DNA of 64,000 bases from Anolis carolinensis (lineage: Eukaryota), in contig NC_085846.1 of the NCBI RefSeq assembly GCF_035594765.1, forward strand, positions 32,971,190 through 33,035,189. The letters are read 5' to 3'. A program made the position numbers and the translations under genes. Within the stretch, counting starts at the first letter, position 1; the number at the start of each line of letters is the position of its first letter. This document shows, one piece after another, positions 36,431-49,937 of this stretch. The notes under the pieces were generated by a model. That model was given only the letters and a program-made list of their open reading frames with translations. It had not been told where the DNA came from and made no database searches.

Positions 36431-37799
36431 TAGTTTTAATTTTTAAGATCAATTCAGGAGGTGCGGTGGTTTTTAACTTTGAATATGTTTTAATGGTTTT
36501 TAACTATGAACATTTTTAATAGTTTATATTTAAACTCTTTTAATTTTTATATATTTTAAATTGTATGCAAATGATTTTATGTTAAGCTGCTTTGAGTCTC
36601 CTTTGGGAGAGATAATGCAGGATATAAAATAAAAATCATCACAAATTTTAAACTTGTAGCTTGTGTTTTAATCTTTGTTTTGTGTATTTTATAGAAATAT
36701 GTTTTAATATGTGTATTTTACAGAATGTTTAAGGTGATCATGCGCCTTGAGCCTATTATTATTGTTGCTGTTGTGGTGGTGGGAAAATGTTAAGGAGAGG
36801 GTGTAGGAAAAGCAAGTGAGACCCTACAGCTCACTCACCATTTCTCATGGGCAGCTCGAAAAGCTGTGTGCATTATTGCATGCATTGCTTTTGCATGCAT
36901 GTTGCCTTTGCTGGAATAGTGTGTCACGTTTTATTTACTACACTTATCTCCGACTCTGCCACTGAATTCAGTCTGGTCTTCATCCAGACAATTTAAAGAA
37001 CAGGACCTGCACAGCTTCAGCATGGTAACTGTGCCATGGTGTAAGCAGTGGAGGTGATCCACAAAGGCAAAAAGGCTTCTCCATGACCCACAATTTCCTC
37101 TCCCCTCCTCCAGGCCCCACTTCCTGTGACCTCCATGTCCTGACCTGCCCTGGTATTGACTCTCGAGGGCCAGCAGAGGGCACCCCAAACTAGCGATTCC
37201 TGCCCAGCGGAAAAAAAAAACGGGGAAGAGCGAGAGTCCGGTTTTCCGGCTCATCTGCCCTTGGACAGAGCTGAGAGGTCACAGCTGTGTCCCTCTGCTC
37301 AATCCACTTAACCCTTCCAAGTCCCCTCTGTAGGACTGCAGTCATTTGCTGAATGGGAGAAATCCTTACTTAATTAACATTATAGGCTCTTGGATTTATT
37401 CCCATACATGCAAACCCCTGAGTTTACCACCACTACTAATACTTAGGACGAGCTACATTTTCTCAGATTTAAAAAAAGTTCATGCTAATGTATACAGCAG
37501 TTTCTCTGCACATCTAACATTAAGAACATAATACAATTGGGTTTTTTTTTTCAGCAGGTTAAGAAAATGCTTAAATCTCTCACATTGAATCAAAAGAGAA
37601 TAAAGCATTGCCCAAAGTCTGCCTCATATTGTATGTATAGACTATGATAAGGAATATAGTGTTTCAAACTCTAAAATTTTTAAAAGGACTGCTCGAGACA
37701 TACAAAAATGATCTGATAATGCGACACAGAAGCAATTTAAATGTTAGCAAACTCTAAAAGCATTTAAATTGCTCCTTAAACTAGGGCTGATCAAACGGT

Positions 37800-38093
37800 G
37801 CCACCGGTGGCGCAGTGTGTTAAACCACTGAACTTGCTGACCGAAAGGTTGACAGTTCGAATCCAAGGAGCAAGGTGAGCTCCCGCTGTTAGTCCCAACT
37901 TCTGCCAACTTAGCAGTTTGAAAACATGCAAATGTGAGTAGATCAATAGGTACTGCTCCGGCAGGAAGGTAACAGCACTCTATGCAGTCACGCCGGCCAC
38001 ATGACCTTGGAGGGGGTCTATGGACAACGCTGGCTCTTCAGCTTAGAAATAGAGATGAGCATCACCACCCAGAGTCAGACACGACTAGACTTA
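37800..38093 (+). mobile_element. Sauria SINE
   Basis: tRNA-like head, body GCAAATGTGAGTAGATCAATAGGTAC, BovB-like 3' end GAGTCAGACACGACT. Confidence 0.85.
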
Positions 38094-38624
38094 AGTAAGA
38101 TGTAAAAAGGGCTGGTCAAATGGTAGCCTGCAGTTGACGCCTAACCTCCAAAATGCCATTTTAATCAAGATATGGTAAAAAGGGAAAGAAAAAACGATTC
38201 TCTCTCTTTCCAGTTTGGCTAAATTCCGTTGTGAACACAAAAACCTGCACCAGTTTGTTCTACGAGTGGGAAATGGTACAACTCAATGCTTTGGGCTTCT
38301 TTTGCTTTTTAAAACTCATACATTTTGTTGTCATTATAGTTTCTGAAAAGTGGTTGGTTGCAATACTCATTACACCATGGAAAAAGAAATTTGAGTGTGT
38401 TACTTGTGGCTCATTGCTTTTTTATTAAAACAAAACAAAACAAGGTCTGGGAAGAGAAATATATCTCTCTATAGCATAAATAAATTTTCCTGTGAAAATG
38501 CCTTTTCAAATTCACTTTAAAAAGTAAGGAGAACATCCTGCATTAACATTTCTAGATTACTTTGAGAAACCACAATGCACCCCATTAGAAAAAAAAGGTG
38601 ACCTGTGCCTCATTACTTCTATGC

Positions 38625-39047
38625 CAGTGGTTCCCAACCTTTTTTGATCAGGGACGACTTTGACCAGGGACAACTCTCCAACATTGGTTATGAACCAGTT
38701 TTTGGTCAATTTTAGATTCGGTTTGGTTATTTGGGGTGTTGATTCAGAAAACTGCATTGGATAGATCCCATATGTTTTTGCTACAAAACATATGCCATCC
38801 AGTAGTCGCTATCTGCTCACCAAGAGAAAACCATATTTAATCATCTAGAGCTGATGGAGTCTATCCAATACAATTTTCTGAATCAGCACCCCAAATTTTA
38901 GGAACAGGCCTAAAATGAAGACACCAAGAAATAAAAATTGGTTGGGCTGTGTTATTATCTGTAGTAGTAAAGGATAATAACACGGCCCAACCATATTTTA
39001 GTTCTTGCTGACAACTGGTGGTCCACAGACCACAGGTTGAGAACGAC
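38625..39047 (+). mobile_element. Non-autonomous hAT element (same family)
   Basis: Same TIR and internal sequence as 5141-5507. Confidence 0.75.
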
Positions 39048-40096
39048 TATGACAGTAACAAGATAATGATATATATACACACATTAGAAAGAAACCTAGG
39101 TCAGAACATCGTTCCAGCATGGTAGTCTATATGCAGGCATTTCTCTCCACACAGTCTCTAGGTATTCAGCTCAGAAACAGGTTTTACCATTCTACCTGCT
39201 ATTTTTATGAACTAAGTGTTTACATTCATTCAAAGTTAGCTGTCAGGAATGTAAGCCCCATTGCTTCCAACAGAACCCAGTCATCATTAGCTAGCTTGGA
39301 GCCATAGTGGGTATGTTTTGTTGCCTTACTAACTCACCATAATTCTGAAAAGACAAAAAAATCTGTTTCTAGATGGATTATTTCAGGAAATACAATTTAT
39401 TTGCATATCCCATATGCTTCATATGGGAGAGGCGATTTCTAAAAGGTGATAACAACTTTGTTAATAGAAACTCCTTTTCTGTAATGGGACAGAGAGTGTA
39501 AAGCTTCCAAAACTGAATGGGATTTGAAAATCTAGAAGTTGGAGAACTCTGATATAAGCCATATTCCTCCCCCTCTCGCAAAATGTTTCCATTTTGGTAT
39601 GCAGGAAATTAATACCTTTATGAAGGCACGAGGACAGCTTTTTTGGGGGTGGACCTCTAACCTTGAAGACTGTATGGAATGTGATGTTTTCTTTAAAAAT
39701 GAATGTTGCAGAGCCTGCTAGAAGAACCCTGAGAACACAATGGTGCATGAAAGAACACATCACAACTACACGGGAATAGAGCTCTACCTGAACAGTGAGA
39801 CTGGGCAGAAATCTGCCCTCTACCCCACTTTTGGAATGGCCTCATGTGCAGGATCTTGCATTTATTTATTTCTAATTACACCTGCTGTGCTGGTCCCATA
39901 TTGGAAAATGGTTAATAATGTTGAGCCTCTACTGCAAAATGCTATTGAATCTTTACACTTTAAGCTTATCCCTGCCTGCTTGCCACAAAAAGCAGTGAGG
40001 AATCTGCCCTTGTATAACTTCTTAATTGTCAGGCTGCAACTTGCTGGCATGGATAAAGCAGAAGTTGGGAACGACTTTTTTGGAACTATGGCTCCC

Positions 40097-40232
40097 AGAA
40101 TGATCCAGTCTGTATGCTGGTTACAGGCTTCTAAGTGCTATTATATATATATATATATAATTTATATATTATATATATATATAAATAATAGCACTTAGAA
40201 GCCTGTAACCAGCATACAGACTGGATCATTCT
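40097..40232. repeat. Perfect inverted repeat with (TA)n-rich core
   Basis: 48-bp arms, 40097-40144 and 40185-40232. Confidence 0.95.
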
Positions 40233-40366
40233 ATATATATGAACTGTTCCAAATTCTGGGATAAAGAAATTGTTGGGGAAACTAAACTCGTAATAATAGG
40301 AATGATAAAATGTAGACCTATTTGAAGACAGGCAGAATAGCACAAATAGTTTCAAATATAAAATTA

Positions 40367-40670
40367 CAGTAGAGTCTCACTTATCCAACATAAATGGGCC
40401 GGCAGAATGTTGGATAATCAAAAATGTTGGATAATAAGGAGGAATTAAGGAAAAGCTTATTAAACGTCAAATTACATTACGATTTTACAACCACCAAAAC
40501 ATCATGTTTTGCAACAAGACTGCCACTTGTTTGGGAGTGTGGCTGCACTTGTGTTGTTGTTGGGCGTGCTGACCCGCTGCGAGTTGCTGCCTAGAGAAAC
40601 AGCTGTGGATTCAGGTGAGAGGCAGACTGCACTGGATAATGCAGAACATTGGATAAGTGAGACTCTACTG
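40367..40670 (+). mobile_element. Tc1/mariner (Tigger/pogo-like) MITE
   Basis: TIR CAGTAGAGTCTCACTTATCCAA, TA TSD. Confidence 0.85.
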
Positions 40671-40939
40671 TACATACAAAACATAATCTAGGAGGATAGT
40701 TCCACTGACAGCTTGATTGTCAAAAGGTAGCTGAAATGGAATAAGGGGAAACTTCACATTATGGGTGGGTGTATTAGCTGCACTTTCAATTATTTTTAAT
40801 CCAACTATGTTTTAATATAACATGTTTAACTGTATTTTAATATGGTGTCTGCCTTATTTTGCGTATTATTTGCACTATTTAAAGTGAATATTGTAAGTGC
40901 CTTCAGCTTCTGAGTGGGAAGAACACAAGATCAAATAAT

Positions 40940-41243
40940 AAGGTAAAGGTAAAGGTTTTCCCCTGACATTAAGTCTAGTCATGTCCTACTCTGGGGGTTG
41001 GTGCTCATCTCCATTTCTAAGCCAAATAGCCGGCATTGTCCATAGACAACTCCAAAGTCATTTTGCCAGCATGACTGCATGAAGCACTGTGACCTTCCTG
41101 CCAGAACAGTACCTATTGATCTACTCACATTTTGCATTTTTTCGAACTGATAGGTTGCCAGTAGCTGGAGCTGACAGCGGGAGCTCACTCCGCTCGGTCA
41201 GCAAGTTCAGTCAGCATGTTCAGTGGCTCAGTGGTTTAACCTG
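40940..41243 (-). mobile_element. Sauria SINE
   Basis: Reverse complement of 37800-38093 with an (ACCTTT)n tail. Confidence 0.85.
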
Positions 41244-41442
41244 CTAACAAATGCTCAAACATTGGTTCTTACCCCTTCCCAGTTCTCCCTACTCATGGTA
41301 CACTTGAAGTACAAAACAGAAGTCCAACGGCAGCAGACAAAAGGATTAAATAAAATTGGATGGACACATCCCTGATGCAGAATATTTTATGGATATGTAT
41401 GGTAAGCACAGACCAGGAAAGAGGAAAAGTAACAACATAGAC

Positions 41443-42198
41443 CAGGGGTCCCCAAACTAAGGCCCGGGGGCCACATGCGGCCCATCGAAGCCATTTACCC
41501 ATCCCCCATGGCAGCGGCTCCCTCCTCCTCCACCGAGGAAGGTGCGTGCAGCACGAGGGAGGAGGGAAAAGCGCGTGCCTTTCCCGCCTCCTGCCTCGCC
41601 TGGTGCACACCTTCCAGAGCTTTCCTTGTTTATAATGGTATTTAATTATTATTTAATAATTAATTATCAAGGGGGTGCTTTGCTAGTGCTTTTGGTGCAC
41701 AAAAGCAGAAGGGGGCTGGACTAAATGGACCNNNNNNNNNNNNNNNNNNNNNNNNNNNNNNNNNNNNNNNNNNNNNNNNNNNNNNNNNNNNNNNNNNNNN
41801 NNNNNNNNNNNNNNNNNNNNNNNNNNNNNNNNNNNNNNNNNNNNNNNNNNNNNNNNNNNNNNNNNNNNNNNNNNNNNNNNNNNNNNNNNNNNNNNNNNNN
41901 TGGCCATCTGTCAGGGGTGCTTTGCTTGTGCTTTTGGTGTACAAAGGTAGAAGGGGGTAGGACTAAATGGCCCAAGGGGTTTCTTCCAACCCTCTTTATT
42001 ATTTTTTATTATGATTATGATTATGATTAACACTGATCCTGTTCCTGTTCCTGTTTGGGTTTTTTTACTTCAAAATAAGAAATGTGCAATGTGCATAGGA
42101 ATTTGTTTATAGGGGTGTTTTTTCAACTATAGTCCGGCCCTCCAACAGTCTGAGGGACCATGAACTGGCCCCCTGTTTAAAAAGTTTGGGGACCCCTG
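41443..42198 (+). mobile_element. Non-autonomous hAT, OC1 (OposCharlie1)-like
   Basis: Perfect TIRs CAGGGGTCCCCAAACT, perfect 8-bp TSD ACATAGAC, OC1-like subterminal sequence. Contains the assembly gap. Confidence 0.75.
41732..41900. other. Assembly gap (169 N)
   Basis: Run of N. Confidence 1.
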
Positions 42199-42481
42199 AC
42201 ATAGACATTTGTAAGCAGAAAGAGGAGCAGAAAATGGAATCCAAAGGAGTAAAAAGCAGAGGTTATTGACAGCTGTGACTGGACTTCAGATTGGTTCTGA
42301 GAAACACATGCAATCTCTTAGTACAATTCTCTTCAACCTGCAGCTCTCCAAGTGTTTTGGACTTCAGCTCCCAGAATTCCTGACCTGGGAGTTGGAGGGA
42401 CAAATACCCAGAGGACCGCCACAGGCTGAAGAGGCCTGTCTTAGTAGAACATTGTCTACCCTCCCTGTCCCCGTCATTTAC

Positions 42482-42687
42482 CAGAAATTTCCGCTTCTGT
42501 TTCCAGTGGCTGCCTTGGGCATTGGTACTGCGGTGTGCCTCTGTGGCAACGTGGATCAGCTCCCACTCCTCTGCAGTTGGCTCTGGCCGATGCTGAAGGG
42601 ATTTCATCATCTCTTCTTTGCGCCGCCTCTCCCGGTTCTCTTCAATCAGCTTCCGCTTGGCTACCCTCTTGGAGTCGTCCAGCACCA
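42482..42687 (-). CDS. THRA: THRA exon 6 equivalent (hinge)
   Basis: [27 protein letters not shown]...[11 protein letters not shown], 206 nt. Confidence 0.98.
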
Positions 42688-43092
42688 CTAGGGAGTGGCG
42701 AAGAACGGAAAGGTGTGTGAGAAGGCGAGGTCAATCACAACTCTGCAATGCATCAGTTGCATCTTGCAATCCATTTCCCCATTATCAATGTGCCAAGTGG
42801 CCTCATGGAAAGCAATGTGACTGGCCCTTATGACAGCACATGGAATTGTTGGATGCTGCTATAAGCCTTGGATCATTACGCACCATCAATCGTCAAATGC
42901 ATGGAGATTAAAAGATATAAACCCACATAACTGTGTGCACCAAGCAATGTACCTCCCATCCCTGGTCACTCAAAACAGGACCATTTTTAGATTACTGCTT
43001 TCCGTGTTGTTCTTGATAAAAAGAGCCGTAATCATTCCCTTTCCCATCCTCCCATACCCACCACCCCTCCATAGTGGGCTCAGTGCCCTTAC

Positions 43093-43240
43093 AGTCCATG
43101 GCCATCCCAACAGCAATGCACTTCTTGAATCGGCAAAGCTGGCACTGGTTGCGGGTGATCTTGTCGATGACGCAGGAGCCATCATACTTGCAGGAGTATG
43201 TTGGGTGCAGGTTCTTCTGGATGGTCCGTCGGAAAAAGCC
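43093..43240 (-). CDS. THRA: THRA exon 5 equivalent (second zinc finger)
   Basis: [49 protein letters not shown], 148 nt. Confidence 0.98.
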
Positions 43241-44597
43241 CTGTAGAGATGAGGATAATATCAGAACCAAGCAGCTCTAGAAGACAGTCCAGTTTCTAAT
43301 TCTAAAATAAGATCCACCACTGATTTCGCCCATTAATGCTTAAACTCCAACAAAGCAAGTTTAGGCCAACCAGTGCCCTATTAGCACTTCTATTGTTAAA
43401 TTTTGCTATTATGATCTCCATATAAGAATTGTATCACATAAATCATGTAGAAAGGGTAAAAACCACTCTATAACCTGACAGAATTGGGGTGACTCGTGTC
43501 TTTTAAGTGAGAATCCAAGTATTCTGTTTCAATATTTGTATGCTCATCCCACAATTATTGTAATTCAGTAGATCAATCCCCCCACAACTTGATGCTTTCC
43601 TACAATTTTAGATTGCAACTTCCATCAGCCCCAAAGCATGGGCGCTGCAAGCAAAACCAAAGCTGGAAAGTGCCCATTTGGGAAAGATTATACAGTACTA
43701 CAAGAACAGATAGGATGAGCTGAAAAGATTTGGTTAATAGACTGGAATATCAAAAATTGCTCTCCATTAGTTTCCAATAACAAATATGAGACGCAAAGCA
43801 TTGAGAAGTTCTCCTAATCCCAATGTGCCCATTTGCTTTTTTCATTTGTTTCAGGATGCTGTCTGTAGAGTGTACCTCATGGGCTAGATCTACTATGCCA
43901 CCCACGTGTGGGCAGGTTTTGGATCTCCCAATATTTTGGTCTACAGCTCCTGAAATTCTTACTATTGACGCTACTAGCTATTACTTCTGTGTGTTGAAGT
44001 TCAAAACATTTGCAGGGCCAAATTCTCACCACTAATGGCATCCCAAACCCACCATTAGTTTTTCCAATTTTTTCAACCAGGGCCCATCTTTAATTTCAGC
44101 CACAGCTGGCAGTGATTTAGGGATGGCACAAAGAAGCAGTGAAATCTTCAAATTCCAAATATGTTGTATTCGGCTCTAAAATGCCTCAAGATTATCTTTG
44201 CCTACCCCATGGGGTCTAATTTTACGTTTTTACTATACATGCCTGGCTTTCCTTCTCTCTTTCATCTAATTTTCTCTTTCTTTCTCTCTCTTTATATTTC
44301 TTCTAGTTTGTTATTAAAAATAATGGTAGCAAGACTCTTCTTCAGGTCAAGGCACAACCTTTTGCACCAATTGAAAATAAGTACACTAGACTTTCTTTTT
44401 TTCTTTTTTCTTTCCCCAGGAAGATGAAAACAAAACCCAGGAGTTCTGGTTTATCATGAATAATGCTGTTTGAGATAGAAGCAGACTATCTTCTATAGCC
44501 ATATGGCTCTCATTTCCATATAGTAGCATTACATGCTGTCAGACCACATGAAAACTACTCTCCTGCTACCAGAACAATTTGTACTCCCAAAAAAGTG

Positions 44598-44851
44598 TAT
44601 GGCAGGCCTCCTCAGAGGTTGTAAGGTATATTGGAAAATTAAGCAAGGGAGGTTTATATATCTATGAAAGGTCCCGGATGGGAGAAAGAACTCTTGTTCC
44701 ACCCTGGACCTTCCACAGCTATATCAATCTCACTAGTTTAGTTTCCAATATACCTCACAACCTTTGAGGATGCCTCCATAGATGTGGGCGAAACGTCAGG
44801 AGAGAATGTTTCTGGAACATGGCCATACAGCCCGGAAAACTCACAGCAACC
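44598..44851. mobile_element. Penelope-like inverted pLTR fragments
   Basis: Same pLTR sequence in both orientations. Confidence 0.75.
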
Positions 44852-47485
44852 CTGTAAGCCAGCAACCGAGCCACAGGTAGTTACTTTTGTATTGATTAGA
44901 AACTTTATTTTGCCATCTTAGCCTTGGCACACAAGCCAAGCTGTGTGGCTGCATAAATGCAGTATATTTTTGGAGGGAGGATATTAATACCCATCCTCAT
45001 CCAGAATCTCCACATGCTTGGAGATCTCTTTTCCAACTGAAGAAAAATATATACAGTTTCTGAACATACTCAAATGCCAGAAGTAACTCTCAAGGAGGAA
45101 ATTCTGTATTCTAAGGGTAAAATCACACATGGATGTGCTTATTAATCAGCACTTCCTGTTTGTAGGTGGGGTGGGCTGTACTTTTTATATCCAAATTAAT
45201 ACATAAAGGAAGGGAGAAGTCCCCTCCCTGCCTCCCACTAGGAGTCAACCATGGCTCCAAAATCATTAGTTAGTTCACTATAGAAAGTTTTCCTTATGCC
45301 AAGACGATGGAAGTAGAAGGGGCAGGAAGAAAAGGTGCCTCTTTATAAACAATGCATTGCCTAAGTCATAATCACAAAATCAGTATAAATATGTGAATTC
45401 CCTGGCTTTCCCTGTACATTCCTTTGTGACTCAATGCAGCAGCAAAAGAACACAGGAAAGGCACGGAGAAAATAAATGTATTTATTTTAATTCTGCGATT
45501 TTGATTATGAATCAGGTGGCCCTCTCTCATGATAAGGATTACAAATGCTAATAAGGAGAGGAAAGCCTGGCTCCAAAACACAATCGACTAGGATCTTTCC
45601 CTGTGAAAAGAGATCAGCAGTGCTCTTGCCCAGCTTTCAATGACTACTGTATATATTCATGTATAAATCGACCTCATCATTTTTCAGGTTGCTTTTTTGG
45701 ATAAAAATTACAGAATATATAGTGCAGGACTTCCTGGGGAATTGCGCCCTCATGTTTCTTAGTGTGCAGCGGGTTCCAAAATCTACTAGGCTGGACCTAA
45801 TTAACCTTGACCCCCATCCCTTCTTCCATTACCATCTTCCTGTCTTGGAAAAATTTCTCACTGTTGGGGCTCAGCAAGAGGCTGGGACTTTCTCAAGAGG
45901 ATGAGGGGGATGATGGGTTTCCAACTGAGGAGTCTGTGTGTAATCGGGGTGAATTTTAGGCCTTAGATCAGAGAGAATTGCAGGCAGCTGAAGATGAGAC
46001 AGAAGATGTTTTGGATTCCAATGCTCATTCCTTAGCAACAGGGGAAATGGAAAATAGTGAAAGGTCCCTTTCTCTTTGGAATCAGCCTTCAGCTGATGGG
46101 GAGTTTTCCTGCGATATCCTATTATGTCTCTGGAAGGAGGGAGTGCAGGATAGATTAATTAGATGTTCAAAGAGACTTAGTGAGAAATCCTTGAAGCCCA
46201 AGTGTGTGAGGCATGATCTCATGGCTTCTTGGTTGGGCTTCGATATAATGATTTGTCCAAAGCTGCACAAGGTGTTCAAACCTGTATCTTCAGTCCAACA
46301 CTCCAACCATTACACCACAGTTAGAAGCACATATCACTAGCCTGCTTAAAACTGTAGAACAAGGATATTACTAAGTTCCCTGTCCCCAGAGAGGTTGAGA
46401 TCAGTTTTAGTTTGAGAAGATGAGAGGGGAATTTAAGCTATGTAGATGGGTGAATTAGTTGAAATTAGTGGATAAAATCTTAAAACCAGTACAAGTGCTG
46501 ATAAGATTTTGCTAAAGAATTACTAGATAAGAGAACAGAGGATTTTGAAGAAACATGCTACAGATACACTGTGTGTTGCACTCTAGTCTTGAAACAACTT
46601 TTCATCCAGCACCACACCTGAGTCTAGTTGTACTAACTACAGCAGTTTATTAAGAAAAGCATGTACATCCAACCACAAAGGCCTTGGAGGAAAAGCCTCA
46701 TTGAGAGGTGAGAAATAAGCAGGTGCGTTTACAGAATTTGGAATGAACAGTGGGATGCTTACAAATACTGGTAAGTTAAATGTGGGCTGAAGGCAGTTTA
46801 TGAATTAATAAATGTAATGGGGAGACAGGGTAAATATCCACTCTCCAAACTTCCTGGCCTCACCTAGTCCAGTTGAGACACAAAATAATGTCCTTCATTT
46901 GTTTGTTTTTTTGTTTATCATTCCATTCTGTCAACCAACCGTGAGCCAGAAATGAGCTATGAATGGAAGACTGTGGTCTATATACGAACCTTCTGTATTT
47001 GTACATTTTATGCTTATATAAATCTATTATTCTTAAAGATGCCACAAGATTCTTTTTCATCTTAGGCTTCACTATCCCTAAGCCCACTCTCAAATCACAC
47101 AGTGTAGCAAAAGGGCGACATACCTTCCATCATGTTCAGTAGTAAAAACACTTATTCTAGTGCAGTGCCAACCTTGGCAGCTGCCACGGATCATCTAATT
47201 GTATCACTTACTACAGCGACACCATCCAAAATGAGAATTTTCCCCTGATGAACCACTGTAGGAATGCACCTGCACTGCAAAGTTACAGCAATCTGATCCC
47301 ACTTTATCTGGTACAGTTGCATCTATAGAGTCTTGGACTTTGGAGAGAGGGTGCTTAGAATTGGGAACTATTACTCTCTACTTCACTAAATTACAAATCC
47401 TAGGATTTTAGAGGATGGGGCCATGACAGTTATAACAGAACTAAACTTCTTCAGCACAGATGAACTTCAAGTTAAGACCATCTCA

Positions 47486-47686
<201 letters not shown>

Positions 47687-48289
47687 CTACTGAGTCAGAA
47701 AAGAAATCTCTCTTTCCCAGTCTTCTGTCTCCACGAAGCCACAGTAAAAGTTGCACAAGATAGGGACACAAACAGCACCTGAACAGGAAAGTTCTTTTTC
47801 ACATTTTGTTTAGGTACACTTTTATTTTAAATATTAATTTACTAGTCACGGAAGGCTCCCCGTGGTCTGCTTTCTACAAAAAAAGAACACAATGAAGAAA
47901 GCAGAATATGAAAAATGTCAAGGACTAAATCTGCCCAACAAATCCAAAGAACCATTAAACTGAACTGAAACTGAACTGGTATTCTTTCTCAGTCCTCTCC
48001 AGTAACTTCTAAGACTTGCTAAACAGATTTTAGCAAAGCCGCCTTATGATCTGATGAGGAAGAAGCCTTCACAAGGAAAGAGATTTTAAGGCAAGGCATA
48101 GCTCTACCTGATCTTACCACTACCAAGCGCATTTCTGAAAAAGATAGCGGTAAGATAGTGTTCCCATGCCTTTCCTGACTTAAAACTGGGGACACATACT
48201 GGTTTTCAAAAGGCTGTTTGAGCAATATTGTGTGACCTCAGAGACTTTCTTCCTGGACTTACTGTTGAAAAGGGAACCCTAAGAGAGGG

Positions 48290-48787
48290 GCTGGGCTTTA
48301 GCACAGTAAGTTAAACCACCAGCTGCAGTAAATCTTGTCAGTCAAAAGGTTAACAGTTCGAAATCCAGGTCAGGGTGAGCTCATGGCTTTTAGCCCAACT
48401 TCGACCACCTAGCGGTTTAAAAGCAAAACCTGAGTAGAGAAATAGGTACAGCTTAAAAGCAGGAGGTATTTTAAAGGCACTCATAAGGAAATGTCAGAAA
48501 AATGCTGGTGATTCAATCAAAGGAGGAAGTTTATGAACAAAGCTCTTCGGCTGGGAGATGGAGCGACAGCATCCCCCCCAGTGGCTGGAACCAAGCACAA
48601 GTCTCCAAGATGCCAAAGATGGGGAAACCTATATATTATGACTTTCTATGTACAATTGTCTGTCTTGTCAGTGTATAAATGGCATTGAATGTTTGCCACA
48701 TAGGTATGTTCTGTGATCCACCCTGAGTCCCTTTCGGGGTGAGAAGGGCAGAACATAAATACTGTAAATAAAATAATGAATAAATAA
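48290..48787 (+). mobile_element. SINE with Sauria-like head and L2-like tail
   Basis: 5' part resembles the Sauria SINE. The 3' end CCCTGAGTCCC..GGGGTGAGAAGGGC..ATAAAT resembles L2 tails. Confidence 0.55.
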
Positions 48788-49269
48788 CCCTATTGAAATT
48801 AATGTCTTCTGGTGGAAGCATATTATAGAATTCTACTGGAGGACCAGTGAAAGCATACTATAGAACTGCGACTAGAGAGAACACCTATTTAGCATTTCTT
48901 GGTCCTCCAGTGTGAGTCTATGAGTCTTCTGAGGTCCAAATCCAGTCCACCATGTCATTTTATGTGGCCCTCACATAAATTCCTGCATTTCTCATTATTA
49001 GAGATAATGACTAGATCTGATTGCAGTTGTGATACAGTAACATCTGGAAGGTTGCAGTTTGTTCTGTTTAGTCATGGCTTGAATTTAGATACAAGACTTA
49101 TTGCTATGATTTCTGACATTAAAATATCCTTTAATCTTTCCCCAAACTCAGAGCCACAAGTGCTGTTGGGTTGCAATTCTCAGTATCCCCAGTCTACATG
49201 GCAGATTATAAAAAAGTGACGGGAGTTGTCATTCAATAACATTTGGAGGACACACATGGTAAAAAAAAA

Positions 49270-49937
49270 AAACTACAAAGATGGGCCAAAACTAACAAAA
49301 TGAAGTTCAACAGGGACAAACGCAAGAAAATGCGAAAAAAGCCAACGGGATTTTGGCCTGCATCAATAGGAGTATATCATCTAGATCCTGCTCCCCCTCT
49401 ATTCTGCTTTGGTCAGGCCACACCTGGAATACAGTGTCCAATTCTGGGCACCACAACTGAAGGGAGATGTTGACAAGCTGGAAAGCGTCCAGAGGAGGGC
49501 GACTAAAATGATCAAAGGTCTGGAGAACAAGCCCTATGAGGAGCGGCTTAAAGAACTAGGCATGTTTAGCCTGCAGAAGAGAAGGTTGAGAGGAGACATG
49601 ACAGCCATGTACAAATACGTGAAGTGAAGTCATAGGGAGGAGGGAGCAGGCTTGTTTTCTGCTGCCCAGCAGACTAGGACACAGAACAATGGCTTCAAAC
49701 TACAGGAAATGAGATTCCACCTGAACATCAGGTAGAACTTCCTCACTGTGAGAGCTGTTCGGCAGTGGAACTCTCTGCCCCGACTGTGGTGGAGGTTCCT
49801 TCTTTGGAGGCTTTTAAACAGAGGCTGGATGGCCATCTGTCGGGGGTGCTTTGAATGCAATTTCCTGCTTCTTGGCAGGGGGTTGGACTGGATGGCCCAT
49901 GAGGTCTCGTCCAACTCTACTATTCTATGATTCTATG
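49270..49937 (+). mobile_element. CR1 LINE 3' fragment
   Basis: [14 protein letters not shown]...[16 protein letters not shown]...RRLRGD and an (ATTCTATG)n tail. Confidence 0.92.

Noticed and set aside
41660-42030. ORFs spanning the N run
   Set aside because: Artefacts of the assembly gap.
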